Part shown: positions 17,907-26,455 of the stretch, piece after piece | Layout of the letters: the number at the start of each line of letters is the position of its first letter | How positions within the stretch are numbered: the first letter of the stretch is position 1 | NCBI GenBank assembly: GCA_965223795.1 | Contig: CBDCXL010000001.1 | Span: 448,001-512,000, forward strand | DNA from: Nitrospinales bacterium | GTDB lineage: Bacteria; Nitrospinota; Nitrospinia; Nitrospinales; VA-1 | Length of the DNA: 64,000 nt | Direction of reading: 5' to 3' | Made by a program: the position numbers and the translations under genes | The notes under the pieces: generated by a model | Database searches by the model: none | What the model was told of the DNA's origin: nothing | The model's input: only the letters and a program-made list of their open reading frames with translations

Positions 17907-19061
17907 ATGAAAAGATTCTGTCATTTCCTAATACTTTCCCTGCTGACGCTGCCTGCGCCGCTGCACGCCGTCGGTTTCGAGAAACCCATCTTCGGCAAAA
18001 CCGTGGGGAAAGCCTACCCGCATATCCTGAAATCCGATGAATTTTCGCTCAATACGCGCAATATCAAGGTGCTGACCGCGCAGGGGAAATTCCTGTGGAT
18101 GGGCACCTCCAACGGGGTGATCCGCTACGACACCAACACCGCCAACGACTACGAGGTGTTCGACAACCAGAACGTGCTGCTCAGCAACGGCATCTTCGCC
18201 ATCGTCATGGACCCGCTCAACCGGCCCTGGATCGGGACCTACGGCGGCGGGCTCAGCCATTTCAACGGCACCGGCTGGATCAATTACAACACGCCGCATG
18301 GCCTGTGCGACGCGTTCGTCTACGACATCGAGTTCACGAAAGACGCGATGTGGGTCGCCACCTGGAGCGGCGTGAACCGGGTACGCGGCGATCCCTCCAA
18401 GCGCGAATCGTGGGAGCAGTTCACCGTCGCCAGCACGCAGGGCGGATTGAACGACGACTGGGTCTACGCGATCGCGGCCGGGCCGGACGGACGCCTGTGG
18501 TTCGGCACCGAGTCGGGGCTGTCGTCGTTCGACGGCGCGGCGTGGCAGGGGTTCGACCACGCGGACGGGCTGGGCGCTCCCTACGAGGCGGTGAAGCAGC
18601 ACAACAGCAGCGTGATGGCTTCGTTTCAGGGCCTGCACCACGCCTCGCACATCCCGGACCTGCCCAACGTGCAGTCGCCCGATTTCCGTCCCAACTACAT
18701 CGTGTCGATGCTGATGGACCCGAAGGGACGGCTGTGGATCGGCACCTGGGGCGGCGGGCTCAGCATGCTGGACACGCGCAAGATGGAGTTCCGCAACTTC
18801 ACGGTGGCGGACGGCCTGCCTGGCAACTTCGTGCTGGCGCTGGAGGAAGGCCCGGACGGCCAGTTGTGGATCGGTTCGAACGGCGGGCTCAGCCGTTTCA
18901 ACGGCCGCAGTTTCACCAACTTCTCCGAGCACAACGGCCTGATCGGCAGCTTCATCTTCAGCATCGAATTCAACGACCATTCCCTCTGGGTGGGCAGCCA
19001 CCACGGCATGAACCGCCTGAAACTCGATCCCATCACCAACGAGCTGTTCAAGATCAAGTGA
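17907..19061 (+). CDS. Secreted beta-propeller protein (two-component-regulator propeller repeats)
   Basis: Signal peptide; repeated 'LWIGT.GGGLS', 'DGL..N.V..I'; no kinase domain. Confidence 0.8.
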   Translation: MKRFCHFLILSLLTLPAPLHAVGFEKPIFGKTVGKAYPHILKSDEFSLNTRNIKVLTAQGKFLWMGTSNGVIRYDTNTANDYEVFDNQNVLLSNGIFAIVMDPLNRPWIGTYGGGLSHFNGTGWINYNTPHGLCDAFVYDIEFTKDAMWVATWSGVNRVRGDPSKRESWEQFTVASTQGGLNDDWVYAIAAGPDGRLWFGTESGLSSFDGAAWQGFDHADGLGAPYEAVKQHNSSVMASFQGLHHASHIPDLPNVQSPDFRPNYIVSMLMDPKGRLWIGTWGGGLSMLDTRKMEFRNFTVADGLPGNFVLALEEGPDGQLWIGSNGGLSRFNGRSFTNFSEHNGLIGSFIFSIEFNDHSLWVGSHHGMNRLKLDPITNELFKIK

Positions 19062-19093
19062 TTTTTCAGGGGTTTTGACCTCCCTGCCCGCTT

Positions 19094-19158
19094 TTCACAG
19101 ACATTTCATTTAAATTTCACATCCGGTTCACACTCTTTTCGCATGCGCTCCGTATTCT
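19094..19158 (+). promoter_or_regulatory. cre-tag array (TTCAC-N6) and -10 element upstream of the exosortase gene
   Basis: TTCAC(19094), TTCAT(19105), TTCAC(19116), TTCAC(19127), TTCGC(19138) at exact 11-bp period, then 10 nt, then TATTCT (19153-19158). Confidence 0.75.
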
Positions 19159-19164
19159 CGGGGC

Positions 19165-20640
19165 ATGAGCACGCACACACATCCCATCCCGGCCGCACGC
19201 TTTCTGGAGCCGGTACTGCACACCGCGATCGCCGGTCTGTGGCTGCTTCTGTTCTGGCCCAGCCTCAGCTGGCTGTCCGACATGTTCGGCCGTGCGGACA
19301 CGCAGCTCAACCGGGCGCTGCTGTTCGGCATCCTGGCGTGCCTGGCATACCGCTTCAAGGAGCGCCCGCTGCCGCCGCTCGGGTTGCGTTTCACCGCCGG
19401 GCCGGTTTTGCTCCTGCTGGCGGGGATCGTTTCTTATCTGCTTTTTGAACGCCATGCCGGCATCCACATCCTTTCCTGCATCGCGTTCGGCGTGGCCACG
19501 TTCGGCCTCGCCGGTCTGTACCTTCCCGTCTCGACGTGGATGCGTTCCGCGCCCGCATTTCTGCTTTTGATCCTGACGCTGCCGTTCGGCCAGCATCTGG
19601 AAGTGTTTCTCGGCTTCCCGCTGCGCCTGCTGTCGGCGCAGATGATCCAGGGCGCGTTCGCGGCGCTGGGCCTCGACGCCGTCACGCGCGAGTCGATCCT
19701 GCTGATCGAAAACAGGATGACCCACATCGACCTGCCGTGCAGCGGCGTGAAGAGCATCTGGACGGGCACCCTCTTCTACCTCTTTCTCACCGTGATGGAA
19801 GGCTACCGGCTGGGCGTCCGCTGGTTGACAGGCCTTATCGCCCTCCTGAGCCTGATCGTGTGCGCCAATACGGTGCGGATCTTCCTGCTGGTCAGCCTTT
19901 CTCACGGCGGTTTTCCCGACACGCTCGGCCGGTCCGTGCACGTCCCGCTGGGACTGCTCGGTTTCGGACTGGCCTGCGGCATCGTCACCCTTCTCGGTTC
20001 GCGGTGGATCCCCCGTTTCCGGCAAGAACCTTCTGTTTTTGGCCACCCTTCCAGCCCGGCTCAGGGCATGGTTCTGCTATTGATCCTGGGGTGTTCCCTT
20101 TGGGCCCACGAGCAGCGTCTCCCAGACCCTGCCGGCCCCGCGAACCGCTCCCTCCTCTCTTTTCCCGGCGCGAAACCGCTGGCGCTGACGCTTACGGAGC
20201 GGCGGTTTTTCTCTGAGCAGAGCGGAGCGGCGGCGCAGAAACTGCGTTTCGAGTTCCAGGGGCTTTCCGGGACCCTGTTTCTCGTTCAGAGCGCCAACTG
20301 GCGCGCACACCACCACCCGGAGCAGTGCATTGAAGGTCAAGGACAGGCCATCGAACATTCCCGCACCCGGCTCATCGACAACGGGTTTCCATACCGGCTG
20401 GTCGCACTCCGGCACGGCGGGTACCGGGCGGCCTACTGGTTTTTCTCTCAGGGACGCGTGACGGACGATTACTCGGCGCGCACCTGGTCGGGAATCCGGG
20501 AGCCGGGACGGGAGTGGACGATGGTGACGGTGTACTTCGACCGCGGCGTGGCGCACAAACTCGACGACGTGGATCAACTGCAACGGTTCATCCGCGAGCA
20601 ACTGCACAACAAGGGACAACTCAAGGAGACCCCGCAATGA
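19165..20640 (+). CDS. xrtO: Exosortase, probably exosortase O
   Basis: Multi-TM; catalytic 'IDLPCSG', 'NTVR' and 'H.PLG'; C-terminal soluble domain with 'HH.PEQC'; next gene carries a PEP-CTERM. Confidence 0.75.
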   Translation: MSTHTHPIPAARFLEPVLHTAIAGLWLLLFWPSLSWLSDMFGRADTQLNRALLFGILACLAYRFKERPLPPLGLRFTAGPVLLLLAGIVSYLLFERHAGIHILSCIAFGVATFGLAGLYLPVSTWMRSAPAFLLLILTLPFGQHLEVFLGFPLRLLSAQMIQGAFAALGLDAVTRESILLIENRMTHIDLPCSGVKSIWTGTLFYLFLTVMEGYRLGVRWLTGLIALLSLIVCANTVRIFLLVSLSHGGFPDTLGRSVHVPLGLLGFGLACGIVTLLGSRWIPRFRQEPSVFGHPSSPAQGMVLLLILGCSLWAHEQRLPDPAGPANRSLLSFPGAKPLALTLTERRFFSEQSGAAAQKLRFEFQGLSGTLFLVQSANWRAHHHPEQCIEGQGQAIEHSRTRLIDNGFPYRLVALRHGGYRAAYWFFSQGRVTDDYSARTWSGIREPGREWTMVTVYFDRGVAHKLDDVDQLQRFIREQLHNKGQLKETPQ

Positions 20641-23522
20641 ACCGGCCGACGACACCGCCCATTCCGCAAAAAACCGATACACCCGTCCAACAGGAAACGG
20701 AAACCCGGCCCGTTCCGGTTCGTCGCAAGCCCTGGGACCGCGCCCGGGCGCTGGGCAAATTTCAGAAAATCCTGTTCTGGAGCTGGAACTGGATCTTCGC
20801 GCTGTTCATCGGCTTCGGCTTGCTGCCGTTCCTCGCCCCGTCTATCGTCATGGGTTTCATCGACGGAGAGGTGAATTTCGACCTGTTCCTGTTTTTCGTG
20901 ACGCTGACGCTGGTGACACCGGCGGCGGCTTTTACCGGTTATGTAAAATTCCGCCGCAACCCGGAGATGCTGTTCCGCATTCTTTACGGCGTCGAGGTGC
21001 CGCTGCTGGTGCTGACGTTTTTCCGCATCGTGTTCGTGCGCGAGCTGACGCCGGGAACGGGGCACCTGCTTTCGGTGTTCGCGCTCGGTTCCATCGCTTA
21101 TTTTCTGTTTCTTCTCACAGCGCAGAAGGAATCTGGAAAACCCGCGGCGAACGTTCGGCTTTCGGGAGCGACGCTGTTTTTCTGGTGCGCGCTGTGGGTG
21201 TTCGGTTTTCTCGCGTTTCTGGCGCCGATCCTGGGATGGAACCTGCTGGCCGAAACCGGCGGTCTGATCGCGGGCATACCTTCGTTTTTCATCGAGTTGA
21301 CGCGCTGCACCGACTGCGATCCGTTTACCATGTTTCCATCCTTGTTATTCGGAACGTTCCTGCTGCTGGTGGGGGCGATCTTTTTCGGCTACTGCTCGAC
21401 GCTGTTCATCGCCCTGCCCTTCGTTTACGTCTATCTTGGATACGCCGTTTTCAAAACCACGTTCGCGGAGCACTGGAAGCGGGGACGCCGTTGCGTGACG
21501 CTCGCGGTGACGTTCGCGGTGCTGGCGGGGAACACGGCGCTGTTCGTCGCTATCAATCAGCAGGGTCACGCGCACACGCTGGAGCGGCTTGAACGTTTCG
21601 ACGGCAGCGAGGCGGCGCGGCTGGACCTGCTTGCGGATTCCGGGGACCTGCGACAGGAACTGACGCGGATCTATCTGAGCCCGTACCGCTACCTGGGCGA
21701 TAAGAACAGAAGCAACCATTTGCAGACGCTGTACAGGAAGTCTTTCAATCTCAAACCGGAGACGACGCAGCCGCTGCAGGACTTTTTCAACGCGATGGCC
21801 CTGCCGCTGCTCTATGTGGGTTCGGGAAACGGCATGGCGGCGGATCAACAGGAAGCGGCGCGGCTTTACGAATGGTTTTTCGACGTCCCCATTCAGGAAG
21901 GGGAACGCGCGGCGATCCGGCATGCGCTCAAAGCGACCTACTCGCGCGATCAGCGGGAGGCGGGCCTCATCAACATCGACAACCGCAAGGTGTATCTGGA
22001 GACACAGACGGTGAATCGCGTCGAGCAGGGAGACTGGGCGGAGATCGAAATCCACGAGGTGTACGTCAATCAGGGCCCGGCGCAGGAGGAAGTGTTCTAT
22101 CATTTCGCGATGCCGGAAAATTCGGTGGTCACGGGCGTGTGGCTGGGCGAGAACGAATCGGACCGGTTCCGCTTCCAGGTGGCGTCGCGCGGCGCGGCGC
22201 AGCGGGTCTACAAGCAGATCCAGCAGCAGCGCCAGGACCCGGCGCTGCTGGAGCAGGTCGGCCCCAACCTGTACCGGCTGCGGGTGTTTCCGGTTCCGGG
22301 CAACCGCTTCACCGCGCGGGACGGACTCAAGACACGCAAGATGCACCTGTGGTGGACATTCAAGGTGATGCGCGGCGAAGGCGGCTGGCCGATGCCGCGC
22401 CTGATCGAAAAGCGCAACGTCTACTGGGACTCCGAAACGCAAAGCAACCTCGAGCGGTTCGATTCCACGGAAGTTGCGTGGCTGCCGGACGTGCTTGAAT
22501 ACAAAGCCGCGCAACCCACCGGTATTTTGCGCGCCGTCGTGGCCGATGGCGTTGAAATCCACGCCGCGCCGCGCGTAGACGCGGAGCTGCCCGCCCGCAG
22601 CTTCGGCAGATTCGCGCTGGTGCTGGAGACCTCCTACAGCATGGGACAATTGCGCGGCACGCTGCCGTCCATTCAGGAGCGGCTCACAAGCGATTCCCGG
22701 CTCAAGGGCTACGACTGGGATTATTACCGCCTCGGTCTGCACGATGTGGAAGTGAATTCTCTCGACGCGTTGTTTTCGCAGGACGTCTCCTATTTCGGTT
22801 CGATCGACGCGGCGGAAATCCTGACCCGCTTCGAGCTGATGCGCAAGGGACGCCAGTACGACGGCGTCATCGTGCTCACCGACCGCTCGTCCTTCAAGGA
22901 AAAGGAACGCAAGGGAAATCTGAAAATGGGGGAAACGCCGGTGTTCTTCTTCCTGGTGGACGGTAAATTTCCGCGCGTCACCGGCGACGGGCTGATGCGC
23001 GGACTCATCGCCTCAGGCGGCGGGCTGGAGACGGACTGGAACCGGCTCGCCAACAAAATCAACTTCCCGCTCACGGACGAGGTCATCGCGTTCGACAGTC
23101 ACTACGTCTGGACCCTGCACAAAACCAGGGGCAAGCCCGGCGCGGAATCGGGATTCACAGACCTGGCGGTGCAGAAGTACATCGAGCACAGGATGCGCCG
23201 GTCCGGAACCGAGGCGGCGGACATCCTGCCGCTGCACCGGCTCGCGGGCGCGCATGAGATCGTGACGCCTTATTCCTCGATGATCGTCCTGGTCAACCTG
23301 GCGCAGAAGAACATGCTGAAAGAGGCGGAAAAAAATCCGGACCGGTTCCAGCGCGACATGGAAAACGGCGAGGAACTGCTCTCGGCTCCCCATAAACCGT
23401 TTGAAGCGTCCGCCGTTCCGGAGCCCGAGGAATGGGCGCTGATCGGGATCGTCTTGACACTGCTTCTGCACCGGTTGTATAGAAACAGGGAGAACGCCGG
23501 TTTTCAGCGGGCGGCGTTCTGA
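20637..23522 (+). CDS. PEP-CTERM integral membrane protein with VIT-like domain (TIGR02921-like)
   Basis: ATGA overlap; ~8 N-terminal TM helices; VIT-like 'EEVFYHF.MPE.SVVTG.WL...DPALLEQVGP..YRLRVFP'; C-terminal VPEPEEW + TM + basic tail. Confidence 0.8.
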   Translation: MNRPTTPPIPQKTDTPVQQETETRPVPVRRKPWDRARALGKFQKILFWSWNWIFALFIGFGLLPFLAPSIVMGFIDGEVNFDLFLFFVTLTLVTPAAAFTGYVKFRRNPEMLFRILYGVEVPLLVLTFFRIVFVRELTPGTGHLLSVFALGSIAYFLFLLTAQKESGKPAANVRLSGATLFFWCALWVFGFLAFLAPILGWNLLAETGGLIAGIPSFFIELTRCTDCDPFTMFPSLLFGTFLLLVGAIFFGYCSTLFIALPFVYVYLGYAVFKTTFAEHWKRGRRCVTLAVTFAVLAGNTALFVAINQQGHAHTLERLERFDGSEAARLDLLADSGDLRQELTRIYLSPYRYLGDKNRSNHLQTLYRKSFNLKPETTQPLQDFFNAMALPLLYVGSGNGMAADQQEAARLYEWFFDVPIQEGERAAIRHALKATYSRDQREAGLINIDNRKVYLETQTVNRVEQGDWAEIEIHEVYVNQGPAQEEVFYHFAMPENSVVTGVWLGENESDRFRFQVASRGAAQRVYKQIQQQRQDPALLEQVGPNLYRLRVFPVPGNRFTARDGLKTRKMHLWWTFKVMRGEGGWPMPRLIEKRNVYWDSETQSNLERFDSTEVAWLPDVLEYKAAQPTGILRAVVADGVEIHAAPRVDAELPARSFGRFALVLETSYSMGQLRGTLPSIQERLTSDSRLKGYDWDYYRLGLHDVEVNSLDALFSQDVSYFGSIDAAEILTRFELMRKGRQYDGVIVLTDRSSFKEKERKGNLKMGETPVFFFLVDGKFPRVTGDGLMRGLIASGGGLETDWNRLANKINFPLTDEVIAFDSHYVWTLHKTRGKPGAESGFTDLAVQKYIEHRMRRSGTEAADILPLHRLAGAHEIVTPYSSMIVLVNLAQKNMLKEAEKNPDRFQRDMENGEELLSAPHKPFEASAVPEPEEWALIGIVLTLLLHRLYRNRENAGFQRAAF

Positions 23523-23572
23523 TCATGCGGCTGAGCCTGAACTTTCTCAAACGGATCGGAGATTGTTTATCC

Positions 23573-24262
23573 ATGAACGCGAAACGCATTCTGGTCATCG
23601 AGGATGAGCCTTCCATCGCCGACGGCATCGTGTACGCCCTGGAGACGGAAGGGTTCGAAGTGACCTGGAAATCCAAGGGGCTGGAAGGCATGGCGGCGTT
23701 CAAGGAGGAAGGGGCGGACCTGATCCTGCTGGACGTGGGGCTGCCCGATTCGAACGGCTTCGAGCTGTGCAAGGAGATCCGCACGCTGTCCAACGTGCCG
23801 GTGGTGTTTCTCACCGCGCGCAGCGAGGAGGTGGACTGCGTCGTCGGGCTGGAGATCGGCGCGGACGATTACGTGTCGAAGCCATTCAGCCCGCGCGAGC
23901 TGTCCGCCCGCATCAAGAGCATCCTGCGCCGCACGCAGGCGCAGCCGGGCGGGACGCCGCAGCCTGCGAGCGGCCCGTTTTCGGTGGACCCGGACCGCTT
24001 CCAGATCACCTACTACGGCAACAGGCTCGATCTTTCGCGCTACGAGTACCGGCTGCTCAAGGTGCTCATCGACCGGCCGGGCAAGGTGTACTCGCGCGAC
24101 CAGCTGATGGAGATCGTGTGGGACGACGCCGGCGCCAGCCTCGACCGCACGGTGGACGCGCACATCAAGGCGCTGCGGTCGAAGCTGAAAACGGTGAAGG
24201 ACAGCGTCGATCCCATCATGACGCACCGCGGCATCGGCTATTCGCTGAAGGACGACCTGTGA
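23573..24262 (+). CDS. creB: CreB-like response regulator
   Basis: LVIEDEPSIAD...LLDVGLPD.NGF; LSRYEYRLL; DRTVDAHIK.LR.KL; THRGIGYSL. Confidence 0.85.
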   Translation: MNAKRILVIEDEPSIADGIVYALETEGFEVTWKSKGLEGMAAFKEEGADLILLDVGLPDSNGFELCKEIRTLSNVPVVFLTARSEEVDCVVGLEIGADDYVSKPFSPRELSARIKSILRRTQAQPGGTPQPASGPFSVDPDRFQITYYGNRLDLSRYEYRLLKVLIDRPGKVYSRDQLMEIVWDDAGASLDRTVDAHIKALRSKLKTVKDSVDPIMTHRGIGYSLKDDL

Positions 24263-25689
24263 GCATCCGCCGCAGGATCATCCTCAGCTACATCGCCATC
24301 CTCGGCATCTCCTGCGCACTGATCATCTACCTGACGCTGCAGGACCTGATGCCGCGCTACTCGGAGGCTGTTGAGGAAACGCTGGTGGACACCTCGCAGA
24401 TCCTGGCGCACCTGATCGCCTCGCAGTCGGACGGCAAGCGCATCGATTTCACCTTTCTGGAGAACACGTTCGCGTCGCTGGAGACGGACCGGTTCCGGGC
24501 GGACATCTACGGCAAGGTGAAGACCACCTCGGACCTGCGTGTGTACGTGACCGACTCCAAGGGCATCCTGTTGTACGACTCGCAGAACATCCATCCGCCG
24601 GGCACCAATTACTCGCTGTGGAACGACGTGTTCCTGACGCTGCAGGGAAAATACGGCGCGCGTTCGACGCGGATCGACCCGGAGGACAACTCGACCGGGG
24701 TTCAGTACGTGGGCGCGCCGATCCGCAAGAACGGGGAGATCCTCGGCGTCGTGACGGTGGCGAAGCCGAAACGCAGCGTTTCGGTTTTCGTGGAAGTGGC
24801 GAAGCGGCGGTTCATGATGACGGTGTTCTGGATCGCGCTGATGGTGGTGATCGTCGGCGTGCTGCTGTCGGGCTGGATCACGCGGCCGATCGAGAAGCTG
24901 ATCGCCTACGCCCGTGCGGTGCAGAAAGGCGAAAAGGCCGAACTGCCGCCGCTGGAGAAAAACGAACTGGGCGCGATGGGCAAGGCGCTGGAGGACATGC
25001 GGCTGCAGCTGGACGGCAAGCAGTATGTGGAAAATTATATCCAGACGCTGACGCACGAAATCAAAAGCCCGCTGTCGGCGATCCGCGGCGCCTCGGAACT
25101 GCTGACGGAGGAGATGCCGGCGAAGAACCGCAAAACCTTCCTCGACAATATTCAAGTAGAGTCGCGCCGCCTGCAGGACATCGTCAACCGGCTGCTGGAA
25201 CTGTCGGCGCTGGAACGCAAGAGCAGCCTGGTGGACAAGCGGGAAATCGAGCTGGGTTTTCTCATCGGCGAAGTCGCCGCTTCATTCGAACCGCAGCTCA
25301 GGAAAAAAGACATCGCGGTTCAATGGTCTGCCGATGAAGAGGTGTTCATCCTCGGCGACCGGTTTCTCATCCGCCACGCCCTGGCGAATCTGCTGCAGAA
25401 CGCCATCGAGTTCAGCCCGGAGAACGGGCGCATCGAACTGTCGCTGGAAAAGGTGCCGCCGGACAAGGTGGCGATATCGGTGCGCGATTACGGAACGGGC
25501 ATCCCTGAATTCGCGCTGAACCGGATCTACGACCGGTTCTATTCCCTGGAACGGCCGGAAACGGGGAAGAAAAGTTCCGGACTGGGGCTGCCGTTCGTGA
25601 AGGAGGTGGTGCAGCTGCACAATGGAACGCTTGAAATCAAAAATCAGAAAAAGGGCATCCTCGCCCGCATGACGTTTCCCGCCACATAG
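24259..25689 (+). CDS. creC: CreC-like sensor histidine kinase
   Basis: GTGA overlap; 'EETLVD', 'RVYVTD.KG', 'WNDV.LTL.GKYGARST', 'TVAKP', 'GKQYVENYIQTLTHEIKSPL', 'FYSL.RP..GKKSSGLGL'. Confidence 0.88.
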   Translation: MSIRRRIILSYIAILGISCALIIYLTLQDLMPRYSEAVEETLVDTSQILAHLIASQSDGKRIDFTFLENTFASLETDRFRADIYGKVKTTSDLRVYVTDSKGILLYDSQNIHPPGTNYSLWNDVFLTLQGKYGARSTRIDPEDNSTGVQYVGAPIRKNGEILGVVTVAKPKRSVSVFVEVAKRRFMMTVFWIALMVVIVGVLLSGWITRPIEKLIAYARAVQKGEKAELPPLEKNELGAMGKALEDMRLQLDGKQYVENYIQTLTHEIKSPLSAIRGASELLTEEMPAKNRKTFLDNIQVESRRLQDIVNRLLELSALERKSSLVDKREIELGFLIGEVAASFEPQLRKKDIAVQWSADEEVFILGDRFLIRHALANLLQNAIEFSPENGRIELSLEKVPPDKVAISVRDYGTGIPEFALNRIYDRFYSLERPETGKKSSGLGLPFVKEVVQLHNGTLEIKNQKKGILARMTFPAT

Positions 25690-25743
25690 ACGGTCCGCCC
25701 TTTCCCGCCGCAGCGGACCCATCCCGCAGAGACACCGGAGTTC

Positions 25744-26022
25744 CTAGAAATCATCGTCGTCGTCGTCCGTCATCATCTCTTCGACTTCCGCCTGCTCGGC
25801 ATCGTCGATCATCTGCTTGATCTGTTCGTAGCCCGTGGCGAGCCGCTGGATGTTGATCAGCAGAGTGACCAGCTCCGCGTCCGGCGTCTCCCGAATGCCC
25901 GCGACCAGAGCGCCGCGCTCGTCGTCTCCGTATTTTTCATCCCACCCGTCGAAGGTGGTCATGATTTTGTCTTTGCAATGGAACAGATCGTAAAAAAAAC
26001 TCTGAACTTCAATCTTCGCCAT
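25744..26022 (-). CDS. Small acidic hypothetical protein (92 aa)
   Basis: GAGGAG RBS before ATG 26022; host-like codon usage; poly-Asp tail. Confidence 0.65.
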   Translation of the reverse strand: MAKIEVQSFFYDLFHCKDKIMTTFDGWDEKYGDDERGALVAGIRETPDAELVTLLINIQRLATGYEQIKQMIDDAEQAEVEEMMTDDDDDDF

Positions 26023-26455
26023 TTTCTCCTCATTGAAACTTCTTTTACAGGAACCGCTTCGGCGCGTTTGGCCTTTCGACACTATAACCTGCGCCCGTGA
26101 CAAAAGGAATCCGGAAACACACGGTGAGACCATCTGCGCATCCAATTTAAAAAAATTTCTTTCCATTTGCCATTAATGTTTTCCGGCATCCGCTCCGCTA
26201 TTATTTTCAGGTATACGGAAATACAACATCGGCATTCTGATAAATCAAAAGCCGCCGAGGATATATAATTAATTATCATTCATAGCCTATAGAAATTCAG
26301 GAGATACCTTTTCTCCCCAAGGCCTTTTTGCGTCCATAAATTTCGGAATACCGATATAACGCCGCGCTCCTTTTCAGACGTCTTCAGCCGCTTCCGCCGG
26401 CTGCCTTTCCTCAACGGACGTCTCTTTCTCACCCCTTTCAATTGAGGACACAGAC

